DNA of 64,000 nt from Octopus sinensis (lineage: Eukaryota). Position 1 is the stretch's first letter, and each line of letters opens with the position of its first letter. Location of the stretch: the NCBI RefSeq assembly GCF_006345805.1, contig NC_043005.1, positions 59,892,001 through 59,956,000 of the forward strand. The letters are read 5' to 3'. Below the pieces are notes generated by a model that made no database searches, was not told where the DNA came from, and worked only from the letters and a program-made list of their open reading frames with translations. Both the position numbers and the translations under genes were made by a program. Below are positions 12,861 to 25,781 of the stretch, piece by piece.

Positions 12861-13849
12861 TAGAGGTAAAAAGATATTTAGCATGTTTAACATGGAAAAG
12901 ATAATTTATTTTTTCAATCTTAATTGAAATAAATCTCATCTTATATGAAAATTTAATGTAGGCTCATAGTGTCTTTGTAATTCTCTCAGCTAACCCATGA
13001 AGAAATTCTCTTTTTGGCAATTATCAAATAAAACCAAAACGTAAAAGATGCCATTATAAATGTTTTAAAACATTTCTTTGTTTTAAAATGTGACAGAATA
13101 TTTAATTTCAATCCAATGAAGTTCCTTACAAAACTATTTCCTATTATTTCGGTCAACACTAAAAATAGAGAGAGCTGTCAATTATTACTTTTATTTTGTA
13201 AAGAATTTTGATCGTTGTTTTATAAATTATATTCGATTTTCGTGCAACAGACTCCTATGAGTTGCTTAAATGTAAAAAAAACGACAACAAACAAACGATT
13301 CCATTGGTCGATGGTTGTGCTTTAAAACAATGAGCCAAATTTACATTTATAGTATAGCAGCTATTTCTGAGTGGGAGACAAAACGATATTAAACTAATCT
13401 AATTTGAATGAATGATAAACGAATGCTTTTGTAAATGCCTTTGCTATGCTGACATAGTCATTTGCATTTAGGTTCCTCCTGATTAGATTCACATGCGGGT
13501 ATATAATACTTTAGGAATTGCATATTACCAGAAAAGAAGTACATGGAATTTTCTGGTATTTTATACATCTAGTATAGAAGAAAAACCACTACAAATAATA
13601 TAGTCAGTAGATGTACCAAATATATATACATCTATACACACACACACACACAAATACATAACTATGCATGTATATGTATATGTATATATATATATATACA
13701 TGCATATGTGTATGTATTTATATATATATATATATATATAGTGGTTGTATAAAGTCAACACAACGTGACAGTCCCGTAGAGGACTTCTGGGGGAAAAAAA
13801 AAGGTGGGGTAGGTTTTCGATTAAAAGGGATCGTAAAAAGAAAAAAAAC

Positions 13850-13886
<37 letters not shown>

Positions 13887-13894
13887 TTTATATG

Positions 13895-14065
13895 TACGAG
13901 GCGGTATGAAAAACTTTCTAGACTAGTTCATCAGCACGCCAACAAATAGCGCACGGTTGTGTGCAAGTGAGAGCTGGCACTAACTTTTAGGAAATAGTGT
14001 GCCGAATGACATCGCTGTGTTCATTTCGTAAGTTGAAAATTTGTGTTTTGGTGATCACATGAGGA
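13895..14065 (+). mobile_element. mariner 5' end fragment (TIR plus 5' UTR)
   Basis: TACGAGGCGGTATGAAAAACTTTCTAGACTAGT matches the TIR of the mariner at 21849; also shares TTTGTGTTTTGGTGATCACATG with it. Confidence 0.7.
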
Positions 14066-14282
14066 GGAGAGAGCAATTAAAACTTACTAAAATCTAGAAA
14101 TTCTAAATGTATTATTATATCCTTAGTATTTGTTGTGCTTGTTTAACCACGGGCTCATCTAGGTATGCGAATATATCACTAAATACTCTGCAAACTCAGT
14201 TTTTCTGAAGTACAATGTGTGTATGAATACATTATTCAAAGTGTCGTCCCATTTCTAAGACGATGGTGGGATATTTGGGGTT

Positions 14283-14540
14283 AAGTAAAGGTAAAGTTAA
14301 CTTCTGGAGTCATGCCGACTCATAAGGGCCAGTTTCCGGGTTTCATGGCGTAAATATTGCCTACATGGACGAGACACATGTCTGTCGCAGGACTACTCGC
14401 TTTTGTCAAGCTGAGTGGAGTGGGGAAACGTAGAATGAAGTGTTTTGCTCAAGATCACAATGCGTCATCTGGTATAAGAATCGTAACCACAATCTTACGA
14501 TCGTGGGCCCACCACCCAAACCACTAAACAACGCGTCTTC
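14283..14540 (-). mobile_element. tRNA-derived SINE with CORE-like body and (ACCTTT)-type tail
   Basis: Minus strand: GCGTTGTTTAGTGGTTTGG head, GATCTTGAGCAAAACACTT body, tail AACTTTACCTTTACTT. Confidence 0.65.
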
Positions 14541-15198
14541 GCATAATTAGGCTTGAACTGTCACTGTTTAGGAAGCCTTCGAATAAGTAACGACTAGCTC
14601 TTTGGATGAGTCTCATTATGTTATTGATAATACTATATCTCTTTGTACATTCGTTTGGCAGTAGGTAACCGTTATATAACAAAGTCTATGTTATTATTTT
14701 ACCTCAAGAAAGATTAAAACTGCATCGGAAATATCCAATACCATACATGCGTGTTATGTTAAATGATCCAAATAACTAAATAACTAATACACTAAGTATA
14801 TTATCTTGGTGGATTGTTGAATCTTTGCTGTGTTCATGGTTGGAAGGAAAGTAACTACATCCACCTTACAACTCAGATCTTTTTTCAATACGAATCTTTT
14901 AAACAGTAGCAAAGGCTTGGAGAAAAGACAAATAATATTGTAAGCATATGAACAGATGTTTGTTTGAAGTTGCTGTCTACCCCAGAGCTGTAACGGTAAT
15001 AAATATCGATGTTTTGCTGTACATTATTGCTATAATCTAAGTATGGGTTAAAACCATACTTAGTTTAACATAATGTACAGGTACTCATAGGCAATTAGCT
15101 TTCTCCAGTTCCTCCACACCAAGAAAAGAGAGATAAAATTGTGTCTATACATGTATAAACATATGCACACACATACAGATACATGCATGAATATGTAC

Positions 15199-15310
<112 letters not shown>

Positions 15311-15581
15311 TTAATAAGGGTGAGAGAATTAGATACTAATTTAATAGTATATCTATTCAACACCAAGTGGCCTAGTGCTCCGAGAAACCTGGATTATAAT
15401 ATTTTATAATATATTATAATATTTTTACAAATAAATATAAGAGAGTGGTCACTATATGGCTCACTCTAGCACCAGTTAATCCAAAAGGTTTCAACCACAA
15501 AAATACATGTTCCCATGAAAGTCAGTACGATTGTTAGCTCACACGGACAGGGCAAATAAAAAATAACAAAAATACAGATTA

Positions 15582-15663
15582 TTTTGGGACAATTGTTTCG
15601 CTATTAATGAATTAAATGTAATTTTACTTACAAAAAAATCCACTTGTAGCTCGTCAGCCAAAA
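15582..15663 (-). ncRNA. Type I hammerhead ribozyme, family A copy 1
   Basis: TTTTGG-CTGACGA-GCTA..TAGC-GAAA-CAATTG-TC-CCAAAA: 6-bp stem I, palindromic stem III, GUC triplet. Confidence 0.92.
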
Positions 15664-16116
15664 CTATCTGGATGAAATCCACTCAATAACACGCCAGATT
15701 TTACCATAACGATAAATACGCGTGTGGTTCAATTGATTACATCCGACGTTATAATTCAAATGCCCCAACTAACAGCGCGCCAAACTTTCACGGAAAACAA
15801 AGACTGCATTTAGAAATAAATGTAGCATAATTATAATTAATTAATAAGGCTGAGAGAATTAGATACTAATTTAATAGTATATCTATTCAACACCAAGTGG
15901 CCTAGTGCTCCGAGAAACCTGGATTATTATAATATTTTATAATATATTATAATATTTTTACAAAATAAATATAAGAGAGTGGTCACTATATGGCTCACTC
16001 TAGCACCAGTTAATCCAAAAGGTTTCAACCACAAAAATACATGTTTCCCATGAAAGTCAGTACGATTGTTAGCTCACACGGACAGGGCAAATAAAAAATA
16101 ACAAAAATACAGATTA

Positions 16117-16198
16117 TTTTGGGACAATTGTTTCGCTATTAATGAATTAAATGTAATTTTACTTACAAAAAAATCCACTTGTAGCTCGTCAGCCAAAA
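16117..16198 (-). ncRNA. Type I hammerhead ribozyme, family A copy 2
   Basis: Same motif as copy 1, 535 bp away. Confidence 0.92.
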
Positions 16199-16475
16199 CT
16201 ATCTGGATGAAATCCACTCAATAACACGCCAGATTTTACCATAACGATAAATACGCGTGTGGTTCAATTGATTACATCCGACGTTATAATTCAAATGCCC
16301 CAACTAACAGCGCGCCAAATTTTCACGGAAAACAAAGACTGCATTTAGAAATAAATGTAGCATAATTTAGTTGGGGCATTTGAATTATAACGTCGGATGT
16401 AATCAATTGAACGACACGCGTATTTATCGTTATGGTAAAATCTGGCGTGTGATTGAGTGGATTTCATCCAGATAG

Positions 16476-16557
16476 TTTTGGCTGACGAGCTACAAGTGGA
16501 TTTTTTTGTAAGTAAAATTACATTTAATTCATTAATAGCGAAACAATTGTCCCAAAA
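16476..16557 (+). ncRNA. Type I hammerhead ribozyme, family A inverted copy
   Basis: TTTTGG(16476)-CTGACGA(16482-88)-GCTA..TAGC-GAAA(16540-43)-CAATTG-TC-CCAAAA(16557); predicted cleavage after 16551. Confidence 0.92.
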
Positions 16558-16700
16558 TAATCTGTATTTTTGTTATTTTTTATTTGCCCTGTCCGTGTGA
16601 GCTAACAATCGTACTGACTTTCATGAGAAACATGTATTTTTGTGGTTGAAACCTTTTGGATTAACTGGTGCTAGAGTGAGCCATATAGTGACCACTCTCT

Positions 16701-16764
<64 letters not shown>

Positions 16765-16944
16765 ATAATAAATATTAGGGAATATATCCAAATTTACAGG
16801 GAAAAAAAATCAGATTTAGGATTAAATCCAATTTTATAGTAAAATATTATAAAATATTATTTGAGACAAAACCACTATTTTGCAAAACAAACAAGGAAAG
16901 ACTTAATCAATACATAAAATTTAATAAATAGTCAAAAAAAACCG

Positions 16945-16987
16945 CCACTACAATCGTTTCTTGTCTTGATCGACAATCTTCAGGTGG
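16945..16987 (-). ncRNA. Minimal type I hammerhead ribozyme, family B left arm
   Basis: CCAC-CTGAAGA-TTGTC(GATCAA)GACAA-GAAA-CGATTG-TA-GTGG; stem III is one C>T away from the palindrome ACGATCGT; GUA triplet. Confidence 0.85.
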
Positions 16988-18858
16988 ACTTCCAATCTAA
17001 AAAATCAAAATTTTAAAATATAAAAATAATACTTTTAAATAATTAAAGTATAAATGAAAAAATATAAGTATATAATCCATATATAACCTATATATAATCC
17101 ATATCGAAAATATAGACTAATTACCACGAATTCCCTAAAAAAACCATGATAAAACAAAACTCTTAAAAACATATAACGATAAATACCATGGAAATAACTA
17201 ATGTAAAAAAAAAAAGAATACGCGCCATAGAAAGTAAACGTCATTCATAGTATGAATGGAGAAATATAATAAATGGAACTAAAAACTATTTCCACGTAGC
17301 AAACCAACGCTACTTAAAAAAAATTTATTATGAATGGATTCTTTAAAAACTATCATGAAAAATCAATTATATACATTTATGAGCTTTAGCTCACCCTAGC
17401 AACTCTAACAAACAACTTACAGTAACCCATACTCAATGCCTACCTCATTACCACCCTAATCCATTCAAAATTCCAAGCAACACTAGTCCACCACCCGGTT
17501 ACATTTCCCAACTCTACCCATTCATTCACAATTTCAACGACGTTCCCTTCAACAACTCTACATATAAGCCTCAACATATACACCGGAGATACACTTACAC
17601 ATCCGTGCGGATGGGTGTTGTTTTCATAAGAGTGTTTATGTATATGAGATTGGTTGTGAGTTTTTAATTGTATAATTAATTTATTTATCTGTATGAGTGT
17701 GGGTGTAAATATTGTTGTATATATCGAGTTTTAGTGAGTATGTATATGCGTATATGTGAGGGAGCATATGTATCTGTTGTGTGTGTGTGTTTTGCGTGTG
17801 TGTTTGTGTGTGAATGTGTATTTGGGTTTGTTATTTAGGATTTGGGATGTATGTGTTAATTTGTCTGTGTGGGGAGGGAGTGGTTTTTGGTGTATTTTGA
17901 GGTTTATAAGTTAGTATAGGTTTGTGTATAAGTCTTGGGTCTGTGGTTTACGTGTGGGTTTTTTGTGTGTGAATGTTTAGGTTAGGGGGATTGCTATATA
18001 AGTTTGTTATAGGGTTTAGCAATGGGAGATTTTATCGTTATATGCTTTTATGAGTTTTGGTTTATCATGGTTTTTTTAGGTAATTCGTGGTATTTTGTCT
18101 ATTTTAGGTGTTGGTTATTTTTTTTTACATTGTTTCATTCATAATTTTTGAGTGGTGTTCGTTTTGCCACGTGAATAACCGGGTGGTGGACTAGCGTTGC
18201 TTGGAATGTGAATGGAATAGTGTAGTAGTGAGGTAGGCATAGAGAATGGGATTGGGTTACTGCAAGTTGTTTGTTAGAGATGCTAAGGTGAGTTAAAGCT
18301 CATAAATGTATATAATGTTTTTTGTGGGTGTGTAAGTATTGTTGTATATGTCGAGTTTAGTGAGTATGTATAGGCGTATATGTGAGGGAGTATATGTATC
18401 TTTTGTGTGTGAGTGTTTTGCGTGTGAGTGTGTGTTTTGTGTGTGAATGTGTATATGGGTTTGTTATTTAGGTTTTGGGATGTATGTGTTAATTTGTCTG
18501 TGTGGGGAGGGAGTGGGTTTTGGTGTATATTGAGGTTTATAAGTTAGTATAGGTATGTGTATAAGTCGTGAGTCTGTGGTTTACGTGTGTGTATTTGTGT
18601 GTGAATGTTTAGGTTAGGGGGTTTACATTATAGGTTTGTTATAGAGTTTAGCAAAGGGAGATTTTATCGTTATATGTTTTTAAGAGTTTTGTTTTATCAT
18701 GGTTTTTTTAGGGAATTCGTGGTAATTAGTCTATATTTTCGATATGGATTATATATAGGTTATATATGGATTATATACTTATATTTTTTCATTTATACTT
18801 TAATTATTTAAAAGTATTATTTTTATATTTTAAAATTTTGATTTTTTAGATTGGAAGT

Positions 18859-18901
18859 CCACCTGAAGATTGTCGATCAAGACAAGAAACGATTGTAGTG
18901 G
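18859..18901 (+). ncRNA. Minimal type I hammerhead ribozyme, family B right arm
   Basis: Identical to the left-arm motif; core CTGAAGA at 18863-18869, GAAA at 18886-18889. Confidence 0.85.
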
Positions 18902-18987
18902 CGGTTTTTTTGACTATTTATTAAATTTTATGTATTGATTAAGTCTTTCCTTGTTTGTTTTGCAAAATAGTGGTTTTGTCTCAAATA

Positions 18988-19121
<134 letters not shown>

Positions 19122-19126
19122 CATAT

Positions 19127-19418
19127 GGAGTCGCAATGGCTCAGTGGTTAGGGCAGCGGACTCGCGGTCGTAGGATCGCGGTTTCGATTCCCAGACCGGG
19201 CGTTGTGAGTGTTTATTGAGCGAGAACACCTAAAAGCTCCACGAAGCTCCGGCAGGGGGGTGGTGATCCCTGCTGTACTCTTTCTCCACTCTTTCTTCTG
19301 TTGGCCTGCTCGCTTAGCCAGCGGGGTGGCGTCATTCGAAGGCTAAAACAATGCGAACGCATTGTGACCAGCGATGTGTAACTACATCTGATGGACTGGT
19401 TGGTCATGTGATCACGTG
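19127..19418 (+). mobile_element. Full-length tRNA-derived SINE (OR1-like, tRNA-Arg-type head)
   Basis: TGGCTCAGTGG A box, GGTTTCGATTCC B box, conserved 3' part shared with 40764-40885; flanked by (TA)n. The family name is from recall. Confidence 0.8.
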
Positions 19419-19445
19419 ATATACATATAGATATATACATATATA

Positions 19446-19493
<48 letters not shown>

Positions 19494-19514
19494 TTTATAT
19501 ACATATATACATAC

Positions 19515-20391
19515 ATATATAAAGTGTGCGATGCGTAATTTGTCGCCATGTTATATTTTTAATATCTTGCATGTGCATTGGTTGAGTTTGTCGACTACAA
19601 AGTATAGTAGGGTCTGCTGGGCACTGTCTGTCAGCAAGACCGCAATGTGACGCAATTTCCTCCTCTGCCATAAATATGCAAACGCGATGCTGTACTGCTT
19701 GGCATTCACACCAGAAGCTCCAATACGAACATTTCAGAATTTTGGGGTGTCAATCTGAGGTCAGTACAATCTGAGCATATGTACCGAGAGTGATAACAAT
19801 CAAGCATACAGTCAACATCATGTTGTTTGGAGTGATCACTAGTGACGATGACATGTTCCTCCATTCATCTTCCAACACTGCCTCGCACTCACAAAAGAGG
19901 CCTACATCAAGTGCTGGAAGAGGTAGTACTGCTCTGGGTGTAGAAGGCGGCTGATGGAAGACCTTATGTCTGGGAACATGACTCTGCACCATGTCACACA
20001 AGCAGAAAAACCCAGTCGTGGCTGTCAGAGAATTTCTGCAACCACATTGCTGCTAACATCTGGCCACGAATCTCCTTAGACTGCAATCCCACTTGATTAC
20101 TATGTGTGGGGTGCTGTTGAGCGAGAGACCAACAAAACCTCTTGTAACACCAAAGACGAAACTGAAGGAAAGGATTATGGCAACATTCACCAATATAAAC
20201 AAAGAGGCCTTCTAGAAGAGTTGCAGGAGATTCCGAAGCTGTCTGGAGGCCGTGGTTGAATTGAATGGTGATTTATTCCACAAATTTACTCTTTAGATAT
20301 TTTTATGTAATTTTGGTAAATCTATCTGGTAAATTGAGATGTCAGTGTTATTTCCATTTTTGCATAATTTAGATGATAGTCTATTCACCGC

Positions 20392-20397
<6 letters not shown>
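19515..20397 (+). mobile_element. maT/DD37D (IS630-Tc1-mariner) transposon, internally deleted
   Basis: Reads GRPYVWEHDSAPCHTSRKTQSWLSENF..IWPRISLDCNP/LDYYVWGAVE; 37 residues between the two catalytic D after one frameshift correction. The 3' TIR ends CACCGCACCCTATA, followed by (TA)n. Confidence 0.85.
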
Positions 20398-20477
<80 letters not shown>

Positions 20478-20483
20478 CACACT

Positions 20484-20955
<472 letters not shown>

Positions 20956-20999
20956 GATAAGTTATATAGTTTTACTTTAAAATTTTTCATTTCTTACTT

Positions 21000-21750
21000 T
21001 TTATTTCATAAATATTTTCGGAATGATATCTATAATATATATTTAAGTAATTTATTTATATGTTTATTGATTGAAAAATATGGATTATTAATGAATATAT
21101 TTGTTTATTATAATTTAGATACGTACTTTTATATAAATTTATGATTTTATAATTATTATATTTTATGTAAACTAACATCTAAAATTATTAAGAGTGATTG
21201 TTTTGTAAAATTGTTTGGTAATTAAATATTAGAGTATAGCTAGGTTATAATTTATTAATGTTTTTTTTTTATTAAGCTAAATTATATCTTCACAGATAAA
21301 TACATTTTCCTATCTATTTACTCTATTTTTTTTTACCTGAAATATTTAACATAATAAATGTATTGTAGGCAACTGGTCCCAATGTTTTAAGTTTCAAATT
21401 TAGTTAATGGAATTTCTTCTATAAGAAAATTCATGATATTATTTCTTTAAGAAATATTGTATAATTCGAATTGCTTATTTATTTAACTATTATTGTTATT
21501 ATTGTTGACGTAAAGAGTGATCATAAGTTTAAATTGAACTGTTTTTCAATTAAATTTAAATTTAATTGTAATTCGAATTTAAATTATAGCCATGAAACGT
21601 ACGTAGTTTTTTTACTTATTATATAGTGTTTATTCATTTTTGTACTTTTTATGATCTAGTTATATGTTTAAAAAAATATATTTTATTTTTTATTTATGAT
21701 TTGGTTTACATCTGTCATTGAATTGCATAACAGTGGTTTTTCTCTAATTC
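21000..21750 (+). mobile_element. Old decayed PLE family B-like arm with dead hammerhead
   Basis: CAATTAA..TAGCCAT-GAAA(21594-97)-CGTACG-TA and the downstream AGTGGTTTTTTCTCTAATT align with the 30775-31076 element. The core is decayed to TTTAAA-like sequence; the 5' boundary is uncertain. Confidence 0.55.
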
Positions 21751-21848
21751 ATATATATATATATATGTATACATAAATACAAACGTATAGTAAGACAATC
21801 TCTGTAGTAATGCATTCGGTTCAAAATAGTTCGCTGTTTTCGTAACAA

Positions 21849-23033
21849 ATGCGAGGTGGTATTAAAACGTTAATGGACTAGTTCTGTAGAGCACCAGTGA
21901 CATTCATGAGGCAGTGTGCTGAACGAATGACATCCCTATGTTTACTTCTCAAGTTCTAAAATTTGCGTTTTCGTGATCATGTGTATGCCGTAGACTGCAA
22001 TTTATATAGTGGATAAAAAGTTGGAACAACGCCAACGTGAAATTTTGCGTTAAACTTGGGGAATCTGCTACAAAGACATTCAGCATGCCTCAGCTAGATT
22101 ATGGAGATGAGACAATGTGTCACACTCCATCTTTCGAGTTGTACGTGAGCGTCAAAAGCGGAAGAACTTCAATGAAAGACGACGAGCTACCTAAAAGGCT
22201 TCTTAGGAGCTCCAATTCAGGGAATTTGGACAACTTTCATCAGCTTGTGTATGAGGATCATTGGAGGACAATCAACGATATTGATGATGATGTTGATATA
22301 TCATATGGGACATTTCAGTCAATCCTAACATCTGAATTGAGCATGTGGCGTGTCTCTACTACGTTTGAACCCCACATGCTGATCCCCGTCAGCGTGCCAA
22401 TGATGACACATCTTTTATGCTGAGGGTCATCGGTGATGAGATTTGGGTCTACAGGTAACAATCTGAGACGAAACGTCAGTCGTCACAGTGCAAGAAGCCT
22501 TCACTTCTACGACTGAAGAAGGCATGCTCATATTGTTTTTCGACATCTGCGGTATTTTGCATCGAGAATTCGTCCCTCAGGGCCACACCGTCAGTCGAGA
22601 GTTGAAGCGTTTGAGGGAAGCCATTCAGTGAACGCGACCGGATCTGTTGAAGGCAATGTATCGAATTCTTCACGATGACAATACACGCTGTAATTGAGCT
22701 CTTCGGACTCATGAAACAACATGGTATCGCTTCCGCACTCCACCTATTTGCTTGATATAGGACCTGCAGACTTCCATCCCTTCCCCAAGATGAAACTGTA
22801 GCTCACAAGTAGCCGTTTTAACAGCTTTGTCGAGATCCAGAGTAAATCGCCGAAGGTTTTTGACTCGCTTAAGGAAAACGACTTCCAGGTTGGATTCCAA
22901 GAACGGTAGGGACGAAGGGACCAGTGTGTTGCTGCGCAAGGTGACTATATTTCGAAGGAGATGATATTAGAAATTTTAAGTTTTTGTTATTAATCATAAC
23001 TAATCCGGGGAGTTTTTTTTATACCTCCTCCTA
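21849..23033 (+). mobile_element. mariner transposon, near full length, frameshifted
   Basis: Reads VKFCVKLGESATKTF..YGDETM..KSGRTSMKDDE, then GDEIWVY..PETKRQSSQCK, HDDN, and PKMKL..KGDYFEG remnants; degenerate TIRs at about 21849-21885 and 22999-23033. Confidence 0.85.
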
Positions 23034-23199
23034 AACGATCAATATCCCCTTCATTACTGCAACCAAACTGGAGTCTATTTACATTCAATTCATTGATTTT
23101 CCGATTGACAATTCATTCAGGTAATCTGTGAAGTAGCTATTTACATAATTATTTGAGTTAGCATAACGCTTATCACTTCCTTATAGCTTCCCTTTTCAG

Positions 23200-23217
23200 G
23201 TACTTCATGGCAATGAA
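23200..23217 (+). CDS. Candidate 18-nt frame-preserving microexon of an unidentified host gene (tentative)
   Basis: Polypyrimidine tract TCACTTCCTTATAGCTTCCCTTTTCAG|GTACTTCATGGCAATGAA|GTAAGT; phase-0 reading is VLHGNE. Confidence 0.3.
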
Positions 23218-24254
23218 GTAAGTTTCTGTAGCAGTTGGTTCCATTGATGTGATTTCCATCACATGTTTTCTGAGGTCTATCTTTACAGCCAGTCGTGTTA
23301 CATCAGAGTACGTCATCAACATCCTACGCTGTTTTTGGTAATGAAGCTGATATCATACACTGATATTAACTACATCTAATGCTATAAACCTTTATTGCAA
23401 AATAAGCATGATGAGCAGAGCAGCCGCACGTAATTATGAGAACTTGAGACACAATTTTTCCTGTTTTACAACGTGTATTCTTAGGCCATAGTACAATTTT
23501 ACAGTCTGCCAAATATTATAGTAAACTATGTTTTGTCAATTTCCTTCAGCTAATTAATAAAATGGTATGAAGTGCAACAACTGTTTTAGTAATTATAAAA
23601 ATATATTTGCCCCCGCATTATTTACGGAGCTTTATATTTAAATCATTAATGATACAGCTTATGGCTAATATATAAGTGTACCTAAACGTGGAGCAATACA
23701 ACAAAATAAAATAATCACTGTGAACCATTAGCTATCTTCTTCAACAGTTATTACGCTTCAATATCTATTGAGTCATTTAATTGCTTCCGCTGTTAGTATA
23801 AGCTGGAAAAATTAACACTACGTACCACACAATATTTTGTATAAAAAACATTTTCGAAGTAAAATTTGCAGCATAAATTTTCAAACATTAAGAACCATTT
23901 TACTGTGAATATATCCTGAATTGAGTCAGTATATTCGATAATTAAGTAAAAGCTGACGGAGTCACACAGATGCCATAAAATGAATAAATGTTTTACCACT
24001 TTAGAGACAATGCTTAAAACCGCATCAAAGAAGAACAAATTTAAAGTATTGATATGCATGTGTAAATATATTTATTTAGGCAAGTTTTTAAGTTCACACA
24101 AGTGAATTGATGCTGCCAAGAAATAAAGGTTCGTATCACCGTATTCTGTCTACTAATATATACTTTCAACTCGCATGTTGCTCTTTTAAGGAGAAGAAAC
24201 TTATAATCCTTTCTACAGGAGTTACAAGGCTTCAAATATGTGGAGTGAGGACTC

Positions 24255-24795
24255 GTTGATTATATCGACTCCAGTGTTTCACTGGTACTTAATTCATCGA
24301 CACCGAAAGGATGAAAGGCAAAGTCGATCTCGGCAGATTTTGATCTCAGAACGTAGCGACAGGCGAAATACCTATTTCTTTACTACCCACAAGGGGCTAA
24401 ACACAGAGGGAACAAATAAGGACAGACAAACGGATTAAGTCGATTATATCGACCCCCAGTGTGTAACTGGTACCTATTTAATCGACCCCGAAAGGATGAA
24501 ACGCAAAGTCGACCCCGGTGGAATTTGAACTCAGAATATAGCAGCAGACGAAATACCTATTTCTATTTCTTTACTACCCACATGGGGATAAACACAGAGA
24601 GAACAAACAAGGACAGACAAACGGATTAAGTCGATTATATCGACGTCAGTGCGTAACTGGTACTTACTTAATCGACCCCAAAAGGATGAAAGGCAAAGGC
24701 AACCTCCGCGGAATTTGAACTCAGAACATAACGGCAGACGAAATGCTGCAAAGTATTTCGCCCGGCGTGCTAACGTTTCTGCCAGATCGACGCTG
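24255..24795 (-). mobile_element. SINE with one head and three tandem body units (184-191 bp period)
   Basis: GTCGATTATATCGAC recurs at about 24255, 24439 and 24630. Only the 5'-most unit has the A-box head TGGCAGAAACGTTAGCACG; each unit keeps the B-box region. Confidence 0.85.
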
Positions 24796-24934
24796 CAAAC
24801 GTGCTAGGCACTTTATTAAATAATAATAATAACAATAATACCTATTTAACTTTAAATTATATATATATATGTGTGTATGTGCGTGTTTTCCTGTGCAGAG
24901 AGAGGGGGGTATAGATAGAAAGATATAGGTATAG

Positions 24935-25095
24935 ACATACGACGGGCCTCTTTCAGTTTCCATTTACCAAATCAACTCACAAGGCTTTGGTCGGCCCAAA
25001 GCTATAGTAGAAGACGCTTGTCCAAGGTGCCACGCAGTGGAACTGATCCCGGAACAATGTAGCTGGGAATCAAGCTTCTCACTACGCAGCCACGC
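24935..25095 (-). mobile_element. tRNA-derived CORE-like SINE, 5' half
   Basis: Minus strand: GCGTGGCTGCGTAGTGAG..CACTGCGTGGCACCTTGGACAAG..GGAAACTGAAAGAGGCCCGTCG; same family as 28272 and 33017. Confidence 0.75.
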
Positions 25096-25743
25096 TTTTC
25101 ATGTAAGTTTTGTATGTGGAAGTATCATTCCGAGATCAGAGATATCATGCATGACAAGTTTTCGAAATTATGTTTTTATAAGTTTTTATTTTGAACAATC
25201 ATATATTTATTTTGAGGTTTAATATTTGTAACTTGGTGTTTTAGTTGCACCATCATAGATTAACAGAGAACGAAAACGCATTACTAGGCTGATTCTCTTA
25301 TAACTATTTTACTTGTATGGCTTTCATCATAAATCGAAGGCGAGATTGAATAGTAGATGCAAAAGCAAGGATGCATTTACTTTAGTAAATGAAGGACGCA
25401 TGAGACAAATATTGGCACAGAGTTATACAGAATGCGAAAGAAAGGGATTTGGAGAGCATCCTATTGAAAGTCAGTGCAACAGAATGGTGTGACTTCCAAT
25501 TTTATATACAAACAAGAGTAACATATGAATCTCATACATGGATATCTTATCTAATTTCGTGTCAAACACAAACTAAGTCTCATTCTAATTGTACTGATGT
25601 AAGTGCTGCGTGAGATGGAAAAAAATAGCGACCAATTTAATATTGGAGAAGTATTTTTCTAGAAGTAGTATTAGTCGTAGTAGTAGTAGTAGTAGTGGTG
25701 GTGGTGGTGGTGGTAGTAGCAGTAGTAGTAGTAGTAGTTGTAT

Positions 25744-25781
<38 letters not shown>

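Noticed and set aside
13905-13935. CTGATGA-ACTAGTCTA-GAAA on the minus strand
   Set aside because: It lies in the mariner TIR/UTR; the stems do not form.
19127-19200. tRNA-like sequence as a genuine tRNA gene
   Set aside because: The acceptor and anticodon stems are imperfect, and it continues into a SINE body shared with 40764-40885.
23170-23355. ~59-codon open frame on the minus strand (YQLHYQKQRRMLMTYSDV..)
   Set aside because: No recognisable domain or splice signals; this length is compatible with chance.
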